64,000 nucleotides of DNA from Candidatus Latescibacterota bacterium (GTDB lineage: Bacteria > Latescibacterota > UBA2968 > GCA-2709665). The notes under the pieces were generated by a model. It saw nothing but the letters and a program-made list of their open reading frames with translations. It had not been told where the DNA came from and did not search any database. The stretch is taken from assembly GCA_963667175.2 (NCBI GenBank), contig CAXXXF010000015.1, positions 512,001 through 576,000 on the forward strand, written 5' to 3'. The position numbers were made by a program, and so were the translations under genes. Below are positions 10,071-20,353 of the stretch, piece after piece (positions within the stretch are counted from its first letter, which is position 1; each line of letters starts with the position of its first letter).

Positions 10071-10684
10071 ACAGCCGCGGGGACTTCCATTCCAGCGTTT
10101 TCATCAACTGTCCCTTTGATGATGATTACACGCGGCTATTGAGACCTCTTCTGTTCAGTGCAGTTCGTGCAGGCCTGACGGTGAGAATTGCATCGGAGAC
10201 TTTCGATTCAGGGGTGGCAAGGATCAGTCGGATTTGCGAATTGATACGCGAGTCGAAATACAGTGTGCACGATCTGTCAAGGATGCGGGCGTCATACGAG
10301 GGCGATATCCACAGTATGAATATGCCCTTCGAGCTGGGTCTCGACATCGGCTGCCGCGTCTTTTCTCGAGGTATTCAGAGTCAGAAGCGATGTTTGATTC
10401 TGGAGACTGAACAATACGTATACCAACAGGCTCTTTCCGATCTGTCGAACTCCGACATCAAGCGTCACCTGAATCAGCCTGAGGAGGTCGTCCGTCAAGT
10501 AAGGAACTGGTTCGTTGAGGTCGAGGTTGGGAAGCTTCCCAGTGCGACCGTGTTGTGGAAGGAATTTAACGAGTTTATGGCGGACTTCTATCAGGAGAGG
10601 AGTGCCGAGGGCTTTGGAGGCAGAGATCTGGATATGATGCCTGTTCCTGAGTATGTGGGATTCATAAAAGACTGGATAGGGTGA
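10067..10684 (+). CDS. Nucleoside 2-deoxyribosyltransferase/TIR-like fold hypothetical protein
   Basis: VFINCPFD first strand and HDLS...NMPFELG, which resembles the D..S..N...E.G NDT/TIR-like motif; GTGA start-stop overlap with DUF2188. Confidence 0.6.
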   Translation: MNSRGDFHSSVFINCPFDDDYTRLLRPLLFSAVRAGLTVRIASETFDSGVARISRICELIRESKYSVHDLSRMRASYEGDIHSMNMPFELGLDIGCRVFSRGIQSQKRCLILETEQYVYQQALSDLSNSDIKRHLNQPEEVVRQVRNWFVEVEVGKLPSATVLWKEFNEFMADFYQERSAEGFGGRDLDMMPVPEYVGFIKDWIG

Positions 10685-10747
10685 CTTAGGAGTAAAACCA
10701 GGAGTTAATGGGTCCAACCTCATGTGAATTTCGCACGAGGTTTTCGT

Positions 10748-10858
10748 TTATTCAGGAAGAAAGGCGGCACCAGTTACTCCAGGCGTCCGTCCTGCTCGTA
10801 CCAATTCCACGATCCGCTGCCGAAACTCCAGCGACTGGGAAGAACATTCCTGTGTCAC
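10748..10858 (-). pseudogene. IS3-family orfA (transposase HTH) relic
   Basis: Translates ...LEFRQRIVELVRAGRTPG joined directly to AAFLPE*. These resemble the N- and C-terminal ends of IS3 OrfA with the middle deleted. Confidence 0.5.
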
Positions 10859-10918
10859 GGTGCGCCGTCTTTCCTCTTATGTGAATTCTGGAAATTCGCT
10901 CTCCTCAGGAGGTCTACT

Positions 10919-11092
10919 TTGAAGACGAACCCTGAGAGTAACGCTGTGCAATTGATGAGGACCCTCCGTGATCAGATGAGTGAGGAAATGAGAGGAATGA
11001 CTCCTCAACAGCAGATTGCGTACATTGAAGAACGATCGGGCTTGAAACGGGACGATCATAAGGAACCGTCAAGAGACACGAGCACGGGCTGA
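10919..11092 (+). CDS. Small hypothetical protein (antitoxin-like, AVQLMRTLRDQMSEEMRGMTPQQQIAYI)
   Basis: AGGAGG RBS before TTG 10919; resembles short helical proteins often found beside PIN toxins. Confidence 0.5.
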   Translation: MKTNPESNAVQLMRTLRDQMSEEMRGMTPQQQIAYIEERSGLKRDDHKEPSRDTSTG

Positions 11093-11498
11093 TCGTCCAC
11101 TTCCCATCACACTTAGCCTCGATTCGTCATTTTTCGGAAACGTAAATTCGAATATACGCAAGAAAATAAAGGCGATTTGACGTCGGATTTCCAGGAACCT
11201 TCAGGTCACTGGACGTGAACGGAGAAAACATCACTTTGGACGACTTCTACGCCCCGTTTGGCGCCGGTGCCTTTTGTGCTTTTTGTGGCTGATTTTACGG
11301 TTATCTTTTTTCGAATTGAGGTTAGTGAAAAGAGATTGGCGCTAGCAAAACGGTTTTACTTGTTGAATTTTTCCGGATGGTGCGGGTCTCGTCAATTCCC
11401 TCCGGGGATTCGACTTGAAATATCCGTCAACGAGAAACACGACGAATTCTGCCGTCTGTCTTCGTGCATTGACGCCATAACCAGCGAAAGGAATCACC

Positions 11499-12569
11499 AT
11501 GACGAAATCCGATCCGTATGAAAAAGGCCTCGCGGCCGGTGAGGCGGCCGCTTCAGCCGCCGGGGATACATCACAGTCATCGCCGAACGGCGGGCGCATG
11601 TACGTGCGCACCCAGAGTTTCGGGTCCACCGATGCGGAATTGCGCTTTCTGCAGCGCTGCGGCGTGCGCCACAAGGCCGTCGTCTTTCCCTTCCACGAAG
11701 ACCGTGGCTGGGACCTCGACGAGCTGGCCCAGGTAAGGGAGCGCCATGAGGCGTTCGGGATCACGCTGGATATGAGCTCGCTGCCCATCTACGAGCGTTT
11801 TCCCAACATCATCTATTATGGCAAGAGCCCGGAGCGCGACCGGGAGATCGACGTCGTATGCGAGATGATCCGGACCGCTTCGCGCGCGGGCATCGACTCG
11901 CTGCGATACAACACCTGCGTCCTGCCCATCGACCGAACCGAACCGGAAGAAGGCCGCGGCGGGTTCTACCATACCGCGTTCCGCCTGGAGAAAATCCCGG
12001 CGGAAGACAAGGCCAGGCTGACCGAGGCCGGGCGCGTCACGGCCGACATGTACTGGGAAAGAATCGAGTATCTGCTGGAACGCATGATTCCGGTGGCGGA
12101 AGAATTCAAGGTTCGAATGGGCAATTCCCAGGAGGACCCCGCCACACCCCCCGGCTACCGGGGCGTTGACAAGGTCCTCAATGACTTCGAGGGCATGAAG
12201 CGTTTCATCGAGATAAAGCGCGGTCCGTATCACGGCTGGAACTTCTGCGTGGGCTCCGTTGCCGAAGGGCTCAAAGACCCGGCCAGTGAAATCTACCCCA
12301 TCATCGAGTACTTCGGCAGCCGGAATACGATCTTCCTGGTCCACTACCGCAACATCATCGGGGGCCAGTACAGCTTCCGCGAGTCTCTGCCCGATGAAGG
12401 CGACATGGACTTCCACCTCGTCTTGAAGGCGCTGAAGGACACGGGCTACCGTTACGGCATCGATCCCGACCACGTCCCGTGGACGGACGACGATCCGAAC
12501 CGCTCCTACCAGTCCTACGCCTACTGCTTCGGCTACATCAACGCCATGATTCAAGCGGTGTATGGGTAG
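11499..12569 (+). CDS. Mannonate dehydratase (UxuA) family protein
   Basis: WERIEYLLERMIPVAEE, NFCVGS, VHYRN, E..PDEGDMD, PDHVP, YCFGYI. Confidence 0.85.
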   Translation: MTKSDPYEKGLAAGEAAASAAGDTSQSSPNGGRMYVRTQSFGSTDAELRFLQRCGVRHKAVVFPFHEDRGWDLDELAQVRERHEAFGITLDMSSLPIYERFPNIIYYGKSPERDREIDVVCEMIRTASRAGIDSLRYNTCVLPIDRTEPEEGRGGFYHTAFRLEKIPAEDKARLTEAGRVTADMYWERIEYLLERMIPVAEEFKVRMGNSQEDPATPPGYRGVDKVLNDFEGMKRFIEIKRGPYHGWNFCVGSVAEGLKDPASEIYPIIEYFGSRNTIFLVHYRNIIGGQYSFRESLPDEGDMDFHLVLKALKDTGYRYGIDPDHVPWTDDDPNRSYQSYAYCFGYINAMIQAVYG

Positions 12570-12668
12570 CACAGATGTATGTGGACCCTCCACCTTGCCA
12601 CGGAACTGCTCCCCGCCATTCCTTCCGGTCCGGACAACCGAACCGGCGCGCGGGCAAAGGACAACAAC

Positions 12669-13514
12669 ATGGAACCAGCTGAAATCGCGCACCATATCAG
12701 GGAAAACGGCTACTGCATCGTTCAGGACGTCATCCCCTCAGGGGAAGTGGGCAGGATCCGCGAGCGCGTTGTGCGGGCGCAGGCCGCCCAGGACGCCGCC
12801 CACCAGGCCAGGGAGAAGGCGACTCGAGCCAGGGGCCACCGGGTTGGAGCCCGCGGCGTGGGCGTGCTCAAGCAGGCGCTCAATGAAGACCAGTCTTTCG
12901 CACCGTACCTGGCCGACCGGCGGATCATCGGGACCCTCGAAATCTTTTTCGGACCCTGGCTGCGGGTCTCCTGCACCGACGCCGTGGTGAACCACTCGGG
13001 GAACGAGCGCGGCTACTGGCACGCGGACTGGCCGTTCAACCAGACGAACGCCTCCAATGTCCCGGCGCCCTACCCGGATGTGATGATGCACGCGTCGTCG
13101 CTGTGGATGCTGACCGATTTCTCCCATGCCAACGGCGGGACGCTGCTGTTGCCGGGCACGCACCGGAAGAACCGCAATCCGGCGACGGGAGACCTGCCCG
13201 GCTTCGACAATGAGGCGCCGCAGCCGGACGAGATCAACGCCCAGGGAAGGGCGGGATGCGTGCTGCTTTACGACAGCCGGCAATGGCACGCGGTTGCGCC
13301 CAACCGGAGCGGCAGCCCCCGGGTGGCCCTGATCGTGCGCTACGCTCCCTGGTGGCTGAACCTGAATCCCACGCACGTAGGCACGCCGGAGCACGAGATG
13401 ATGGTGGTGGAGACCGGCGGGAAGAACTACGAGATGGAGCCCCTTCGCCGCGACGTATACGACGGGCTTCCGGAGGACGTGAAGCCGCTCTTCCGGCACT
13501 TCGTGGGCAAATAA
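12669..13514 (+). CDS. PhyH family dioxygenase (canonical HxD)
   Basis: ENGYCIV, WHAD, NGGT..LPGTH, DSRQWH, PN.S...R. Confidence 0.9.
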   Translation: MEPAEIAHHIRENGYCIVQDVIPSGEVGRIRERVVRAQAAQDAAHQAREKATRARGHRVGARGVGVLKQALNEDQSFAPYLADRRIIGTLEIFFGPWLRVSCTDAVVNHSGNERGYWHADWPFNQTNASNVPAPYPDVMMHASSLWMLTDFSHANGGTLLLPGTHRKNRNPATGDLPGFDNEAPQPDEINAQGRAGCVLLYDSRQWHAVAPNRSGSPRVALIVRYAPWWLNLNPTHVGTPEHEMMVVETGGKNYEMEPLRRDVYDGLPEDVKPLFRHFVGK

Positions 13515-13650
13515 GCGAGCGGTTGAGGGGTGCGGGGGAGTTTGAAGACCTACATAACGATTTTTTTTAAGTCTCACGAACGCAATCTACGGGGCATCTG
13601 TCCAGCATTAATTGGAAATCTCTCGACAAGCCGGCAAGGGAATCTCGAAA

Positions 13651-14604
13651 ATGGACATCCTAGCGGAGTTGAATAGCAAACATGAGGCGCTGCATCGGGA
13701 CGCCGCGTACTCTGGATTAGGTGCTGTCATCGGACACATCGAGATGGGAGAAAGACACCTCGCTTCTTCCAGAAAGGAGCGAGACGAACGACTGTGCAAC
13801 GACGTCATTTATCGCACGAATCAAGCGTTTGAAGGAGCGCTTAAAGAGGCTTACTCACGTTTAACAGGAAAATCCCCCGAAAAATTGACACCTCATCAAA
13901 TCGAACGATATTTTGAGAAAAATAACGTACTACACAAGCGTGTTCTTGATTTGTTTACCAATTATCGGTTGAATTGGCGGAATCCATCTACCCATGACCA
14001 CATCCTCGCGTTCAGTGACTCGGAAGCCTTCCTCGCGATAATCAACATATCAGCATTCGCGGCCGTTCTGATGGACCAGATAATCGAAGCGGCTGCGACA
14101 GAAGAAGAACGAAATGCAGTTGACAAGCGACGCTCGGAAATTGAACAAACGCTTGGTGACGTACAGTCCCAGAGCATTTACGACCGTCTTCTGTCGTACT
14201 TAAAAGTCTTTAACGACGAACTCCGAACTCAGAATCTTGATAATGTACTTACCGAGACCCAAGTTCTTGGTCGACTAAACGGCTTCATTATGGAATTAAA
14301 TAAAGACCTTACTATTGAGCGAGAAGCTGGAGCCCCACACGGTAGTCACTATAGGGCGGATCTACTTGTAGAGTCAGAACAAGAACGAGTACTCGTTGAA
14401 CTAAAGCGCCCTAACCTGAATCGACGCGGGTTTGCTGAAGCAAAGCATCAATTAGCTAGTTACTTGGAGAAATCAGATGTTAGCGCCGCTATCCTTTTTG
14501 TACCGTCTACTACCGGCGAGGTACGGGCGTTAGAGACAGAGTGGCCAAAGGGTAAAGGAACTCTTTCGGTGGGTCTGGTAATCCCCGAGGAATGGGTCGA
14601 ATAG
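13651..14604 (+). CDS. HEPN-like domain fused to a PD-(D/E)XK nuclease-like domain; putative defence protein
   Basis: QAFEGALK and RNPSTH (Rx4H) HEPN motifs; C-terminal RADLLV...VLVELK. Lower GC than its neighbours. Confidence 0.65.
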   Translation: MDILAELNSKHEALHRDAAYSGLGAVIGHIEMGERHLASSRKERDERLCNDVIYRTNQAFEGALKEAYSRLTGKSPEKLTPHQIERYFEKNNVLHKRVLDLFTNYRLNWRNPSTHDHILAFSDSEAFLAIINISAFAAVLMDQIIEAAATEEERNAVDKRRSEIEQTLGDVQSQSIYDRLLSYLKVFNDELRTQNLDNVLTETQVLGRLNGFIMELNKDLTIEREAGAPHGSHYRADLLVESEQERVLVELKRPNLNRRGFAEAKHQLASYLEKSDVSAAILFVPSTTGEVRALETEWPKGKGTLSVGLVIPEEWVE

Positions 14605-15143
14605 ATGGAGGCAGACTTATAGTCTATGGTGACGTGATGTGCGCGTAGATCTAGTCCCGATATACTGGGAATTTGCAGCCTTGTACCGCTGCGAAAAATG
14701 CGGAATTTACACCTTCAGTCGCACAGTTTCTCTGTATATACAGTAAACTAACGAATGGCCAAACACGAATGACAGGTCCGGCTAGCCTGTTTGTTCGGTG
14801 AAATTTGTAGTACTTGAGTCAGGTCTCCTGATGGGAACGCTCAATTGGGGCATGTTTTTATCGACACAATCACGCTCTTACAACAACACGCCTTGGCGGT
14901 CTGAGGCGAAGCCTCGTTAGATCACGCGGTTTCCAAAGTGTACATCGGCGCCGCCGTGATCGGCGGAAGTTTGGATTTAGAGGAAGGCGCCTTTTATCTT
15001 TTTGCGGGGCGAGGAGGCGGCCGGTTTTGTTATATACAGGTATGAATTGGAATGTCGGCTGTTTCGCGAGAACCAACGGAAATATCTCTAAACATGTTAG
15101 AGTCTTACAGTAAGACTTCAACGCAAGATGCGTAGAAGTTTGT

Positions 15144-16679
15144 TCATGCTGCTTGGATAGCGTTCCGGTTTGTGTGGTTGTCGTATAGTGTCAGTGAAGT
15201 CGCGAGGGTGACGTGTCCGGCCTGTGTGACGCGCCATCTTCTGGACCGAGGTATTTTAGCGATCAGGCCTCGGACGTGTAGACGTTTGAGGAGTCGGCTG
15301 ACGGCGTTGGCTTGTCGTCGTCGCTGGTCGAGGGTTCTGGGTTGTTTGAAGAGGTGTTTTCGGATGTCCCGATTGCGGAAGCCCATCAGGGCGTGTTCGC
15401 CTTTCAGGACGGCGGTGAAGAGGTCGAGGTCGCGGGTGTCGGCGGGATTGAAGCCCCGATAGGTCCGCCCCTTGTGCCTGCGTGGTCGGGCAAGTGCGGC
15501 GAGGCTGTGACGGCTCTTCCCGGTGTCTGGTGCTGCTGCCAGCGCCTGAAGATAGTGTTGGTTGGCCTTCAATGAGATCTCCCGATAGCGGTAGAGGTTG
15601 GCCACCCCTTTGGCCATGGGATACCAGCCCATCACGCGTTGTCCTTGCCGTATGCCCTGGCGGCGGACCTTGAACTGCCTTGGATGGTTGATCACTGTCT
15701 CTATGCGTAGTACGCGCCCGTGTTTGTCGTACATTTTTATCCAGTTCTCACACATCCGGTGTTTGACCCGTGCGCCGGGTTGGCGTTTGTTTTTGAAGTC
15801 CGTGAGGACTTCGCCCTGAAAGTTGCCGTGGAGTTTGCGTCCCAGGAAGGTCAGGATGTCCTGGGGAGAGAAGCACAGCACCGTATGTCTGAGCAGATTT
15901 TCATACAGCACCTTCAGGGCGTGGGGGCTTGTGAACATCACGTCGGTGGCGAACTCAGCCTGGTCAACGACCCAGTAATAGTCCATTCCCGAAAGCAGGT
16001 CTTTGAGCAGGGGGTTGACCCTGCGGGCAAGCCCGGAGAGAATGCGCGGCCAATTTTTCTCGACAAAACGATCGGCAAACCGTTGCGCCCGGGCCACGTC
16101 GTCGATCCATAGAAACGCGTTGTCTGCTTTGCGATAGGCAATGCCGTTTTTATCGAGCTTGCGCGCCAGGTATTCGTGGCCATTGAGACAGACCTGCACC
16201 ACCAGGGGGAACCACGACTGGATGCGGATATGCAGCAACCCGAACTCACGGTCGATATAGTAGAAATAGTAGCACAGGCACTTCCGCCGGGCGTTGCGCA
16301 GGCGAGGCCTTCCTTTCCCTGGAACCAGCTTGAAACTCTGACAGCCCTCCACGGCGCGGTACACACAGACCAGGCCGCGGGTGATCCCATCTCGTTGGGC
16401 GATGCGTCGCGCTTCCTCCTCTTTCCTGACGGTGTTGCGGTCGAGATAGAGGAACGGGCGCTTGTGCCTGCTCGCCATCGCCTCCGCGTGGGCTTTGATC
16501 GTTTTGGAATGCATCGTCACAAAACGCTTGAAGTCCTTCAACAAAAAACCCTGATTACCCATGAAACGCTCCATCGCATCGCCAAATCCCAACGGCAGGT
16601 ACCCCTTGAACAGAACCCGATCAAAACACGATACCACGCCACTGATTTTTTCATTATATTGGTCCACGAAGTCGTTCAC
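15144..16679 (-). CDS. Putative transposase/replication-initiator-like protein with C-terminal winged helix (full copy)
   Basis: GVVSCFDRVLFKG, QAEFATDVMF, IKMYDK..VLRIET, C-terminal SRLLKRLHVRGLIAKIPRSRRWRVT. GTG start after AAGGAGG. Confidence 0.7.
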   Translation of the reverse strand: MNDFVDQYNEKISGVVSCFDRVLFKGYLPLGFGDAMERFMGNQGFLLKDFKRFVTMHSKTIKAHAEAMASRHKRPFLYLDRNTVRKEEEARRIAQRDGITRGLVCVYRAVEGCQSFKLVPGKGRPRLRNARRKCLCYYFYYIDREFGLLHIRIQSWFPLVVQVCLNGHEYLARKLDKNGIAYRKADNAFLWIDDVARAQRFADRFVEKNWPRILSGLARRVNPLLKDLLSGMDYYWVVDQAEFATDVMFTSPHALKVLYENLLRHTVLCFSPQDILTFLGRKLHGNFQGEVLTDFKNKRQPGARVKHRMCENWIKMYDKHGRVLRIETVINHPRQFKVRRQGIRQGQRVMGWYPMAKGVANLYRYREISLKANQHYLQALAAAPDTGKSRHSLAALARPRRHKGRTYRGFNPADTRDLDLFTAVLKGEHALMGFRNRDIRKHLFKQPRTLDQRRRQANAVSRLLKRLHVRGLIAKIPRSRRWRVTQAGHVTLATSLTLYDNHTNRNAIQAA

Positions 16680-16740
16680 GGCGTTCCTCCTTGGATTGAT
16701 GGCGGTCGGGACCACCATCATAACGGACGAACGCCGCTTT

Positions 16741-18054
16741 TCATACCACAAAACAACCTGCCGCTTCAATACCACACTTCAGGACGGCGGTGAAGAGGTC
16801 GAGGTCGCGGGTGTCGGCGGGATTGAAGCCCCGATAGGTCCGCCCCTTGTGCCTGCGTGGTCGGGCAAGTGCGGCGAGGCTGTGACGGCTCTTCCCGGTG
16901 TCTGGTGCTGCTGCCAGCGCCTGAAGATAGTGTTGGTTGGCCTTCAATGAGATCTCCCGATAGCGGTAGAGGTTGGCCACCCCTTTGGCCATGGGATACC
17001 AGCCCATCACGCGTTGTCCTTGCCGTATGCCCTGGCGGCGGACCTTGAACTGCCTTGGATGGTTGATCACTGTCTCTATGCGTAGTACGCGCCCGTGTTT
17101 GTCGTACATTTTTATCCAGTTCTCACACATCCGGTGTTTGACCCGTGCGCCGGGTTGGCGTTTGTTTTTGAAGTCCGTGAGGACTTCGCCCTGAAAGTTG
17201 CCGTGGAGTTTGCGTCCCAGGAAGGTCAGGATGTCCTGGGGAGAGAAGCACAGCACCGTATGTCTGAGCAGATTTTCATACAGCACCTTCAGGGCGTGGG
17301 GGCTTGTGAACATCACGTCGGTGGCGAACTCAGCCTGGTCAACGACCCAGTAATAGTCCATTCCCGAAAGCAGGTCTTTGAGCAGGGGGTTGACCCTGCG
17401 GGCAAGCCCGGAGAGAATGCGCGGCCAATTTTTCTCGACAAAACGATCGGCAAACCGTTGCGCCCGGGCCACGTCGTCGATCCATAGAAACGCGTTGTCT
17501 GCTTTGCGATAGGCAATGCCGTTTTTATCGAGCTTGCGCGCCAGGTATTCGTGGCCATTGAGACAGACCTGCACCACCAGGGGGAACCACGACTGGATGC
17601 GGATATGCAGCAACCCGAACTCACGGTCGATATAGTAGAAATAGTAGCACAGGCACTTCCGCCGGGCGTTGCGCAGGCGAGGCCTTCCTTTCCCTGGAAC
17701 CAGCTTGAAACTCTGACAGCCCTCCACGGCGCGGTACACACAGACCAGGCCGCGGGTGATCCCATCTCGTTGGGCGATGCGTCGCGCTTCCTCCTCTTTC
17801 CTGACGGTGTTGCGGTCGAGATAGAGGAACGGGCGCTTGTGCCTGCTCGCCATCGCCTCCGCGTGGGCTTTGATCGTTTTGGAATGCATCGTCACAAAAC
17901 GCTTGAAGTCCTTCAACAAAAAACCCTGATTACCCATGAAACGCTCCATCGCATCGCCAAATCCCAACGGCAGGTACCCCTTGAACAGAACCCGATCAAA
18001 ACACGATACCACGCCACTGATTTTTTCATTATATTGGTCCACGAAGTCGTTCAC
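16741..18054 (-). pseudogene. 3'-truncated duplicate of the same gene (lacks the wHTH)
   Basis: Same protein up to DLFTAVLK, then reads out of frame into the next copy (CGIEAAGCFVV*). Confidence 0.8.
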
Positions 18055-18317
18055 GGCGTTCCTCCTTGGATTGATGGCGGTCGGGACCACCATCATAACG
18101 GACGAACGCCGCTTTTCATACCACAAAACAACCTGCCGCTTCAATACCACACTTTTTGGTTGCGGCTGAGCAAAGCGAAGCCGCCTTAGGAGTTCAAGCA
18201 ACAAGAGCCGCTGTTCCTAGCCGCTCAAGGTATTATTCGGACCCGGCACGAATTGCCGTATCTGTTCGATATTACAACGGTTAGGTAACATCTCAAATCA
18301 GTTAGAAATGGACGCGC

Positions 18318-19376
18318 TTGGACATATTTAAGGAAGTTAAACCGGTTGAGCTTAGGCGTCTTCCTGATCGACACGACCTAGCACACGCTGTCGCGTTCTT
18401 CTTCCACGACGAACTCGCGCGCCTTGTAGTGGAACTAGAGAGGGCAGACTCATTGTCCGTTTCGTTCCAACTGAGAGAGGGGGAATTGGAAGAACTCGAT
18501 GGCCTTGTTGGGGACGAATTGTTCCAATGGCTCGTCAGCACAAATAGGGCGGATGTCGCCGATGAATTGACGTATCGTGAACTCACTGTCGCCGTATTGT
18601 CTGATGCTTGCCATTTTTTGTGTGAGTCCCTACTTGCAAGTGGCAAAGGGAAGCTCGCCGTAGCCTATGCTCTCCTTCGCAAGCCGTTCAAAGAGAGCCT
18701 CCTTCTGCTCGAGTGGCTCTGCGGTTCACAGGAGGAATTCCTGCTGAGGTTCAGCGGAAAATCCGTTGACACCTACGTACTCAACCGTCTGCCAAAGGAA
18801 GAGCGGCTGGAGATCATTCGGGCCGCCGCTAGAAATGTGGATCTTCCTGGTATCGACGAGAAATTGTTGTGGTTGGTTCGATATTCCAAGGAGTACCACA
18901 ACAGCCTTGAGACTTTGTGGACCAAGGCTACACATTTGGTCACATCGGTAAAAGCGTCGGCTACCGAACCCAGCAATCTAAACTTTGTATTCTCCCGGGA
19001 ATCTGCCATTGATGATCAGTGGGATCACTACTACTCGATCGTCCCTCTTATCCTTCGGTACTTCGTTGGGGTAGCTGAACACGTCGCTTCTCGATTCGTC
19101 GCGTGGGATGACAAACATCGTTCCACTCAGCTTTTTCTTCGAGACTTGGCTTTCATGCGTTTTGCCACCCGGCCGGGTGGTTCAGAAAACCTCAATGTGG
19201 ACTCTGATTCCCTCTTCACAGATCTGGCGACGATGGGCTTTCAGTGTACGGAATGCCTCGACACCGTGAACATCGGTGGTGATGGAGTCGACCGGCTGTG
19301 GTTGCGATCAGAAGTGAAGTGCCGTAATTGTGGTCATGAATACAGCGCCTGGGACTTCATGGGTGGTGCCAACTAG
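18318..19376 (+). CDS. Hypothetical protein, helical (possibly HEPN-like) with C-terminal Zn ribbon
   Basis: AYALLRKPFKE motif; CTEC...CRNC; lower-GC accessory gene. Confidence 0.65.
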   Translation: MDIFKEVKPVELRRLPDRHDLAHAVAFFFHDELARLVVELERADSLSVSFQLREGELEELDGLVGDELFQWLVSTNRADVADELTYRELTVAVLSDACHFLCESLLASGKGKLAVAYALLRKPFKESLLLLEWLCGSQEEFLLRFSGKSVDTYVLNRLPKEERLEIIRAAARNVDLPGIDEKLLWLVRYSKEYHNSLETLWTKATHLVTSVKASATEPSNLNFVFSRESAIDDQWDHYYSIVPLILRYFVGVAEHVASRFVAWDDKHRSTQLFLRDLAFMRFATRPGGSENLNVDSDSLFTDLATMGFQCTECLDTVNIGGDGVDRLWLRSEVKCRNCGHEYSAWDFMGGAN

Positions 19377-19723
19377 GAGACTAGCACCTAGGTTGCGTGC
19401 ACGGCGTACCCTCGAATATAGTCTTACTGCTGCTTCCGAAGGCAGCGTCCTCCGACCCAACCGACCGAATAAAGACCAGCATCTGAGCGTAAATTGTAAT
19501 CGCGAAGAGTGGGTAACTTGGGGTGGGGTGGATAGAGGAGGTGTCTACCCTGAGAGCCTTCGCCGACCCTTCTTCAGTTCTTCGTGAAGCACAGGTATAG
19601 TGTCTCGATGCAGATTGGCTTACCAGAAGTCGGTTTGGAGATTTCTCGTGTTTCGAGCAGCCTATATTTCTCGTAGTTCAGAAAGTGTTCGATTAGAGGG
19701 CGAATGGATAAACCCAAGGAGGG

Positions 19724-19924
19724 ATGATGAGGTATAAAATCGCGCTTCACAAATCCGAAGAAGGCTATAGTGTCTCCGTACCCGGCCTGCCTGGTTGCTG
19801 GTCGCAGGGAGCCACAGAAGTTGACGCGATTGCAAACATCGAGGCGGCCATACGCGAGTATCTTGAAGTTGTTGACAAATTGCTGGACAATGTAGAAGTA
19901 CGAGAAATCGAGCTGACGGTATAG
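19724..19924 (+). CDS. hicB: HicB-like antitoxin (UPF0150)
   Basis: EEGYSVSVPGLPGCWSQGAT..DAIANIEAAI. Confidence 0.88.
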   Translation: MMRYKIALHKSEEGYSVSVPGLPGCWSQGATEVDAIANIEAAIREYLEVVDKLLDNVEVREIELTV

Positions 19925-19925
19925 C

Positions 19926-20138
19926 ATGCCGAGACTGCCAGGAGTAAACCATTTGGATGCAGTCCGTGCATTAGAGAAAGCAGGATTTTACCTGGCACGC
20001 CAAAGCAAGCACGTAGTTATGACAGATGGCGTGCGCATTCTGACAATCCCGCGAAACAACCCTGTGAATGCCTTTACGATGGGAGGAATCGTCAGGGACG
20101 CGGGATTATCTATTGAGGAATTTCGCAAGCTCTTGTGA
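19926..20138 (+). CDS. hicA: HicA toxin
   Basis: VRALEKAGF...RQSKHVVM...TIPR....AFTMGGIVRDAGL. Confidence 0.88.
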   Translation: MPRLPGVNHLDAVRALEKAGFYLARQSKHVVMTDGVRILTIPRNNPVNAFTMGGIVRDAGLSIEEFRKLL

Positions 20139-20353
20139 TGGCCAAACTTCGGTACTGAAAATTCCCTGCCATCGGCGGATCTTGCGGTCCACATTCGGCT
20201 GTAGACGTGGCCGACCGATCTCAATCTGACGATGCCGGGTTTTTCGCAGGGACGACTGGAAGGTCGGCATTACCCAAACGTAGAGGCGTTCGTTCAAGAC
20301 ACAACTTTGAAACAGGCGAAACGCTGATCTGACCGGATCAGGAGGCAACGCCC

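Larger units (their letters stand above)
15101..18190 (-). mobile_element. Unclassified IS-like element with a tandem partial duplication (period 1375 bp)
   Basis: 15403-16779 repeats at 16778-18154 with a TT overlap; hairpins at 15101-15139 and 18162-18184. Confidence 0.7.
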
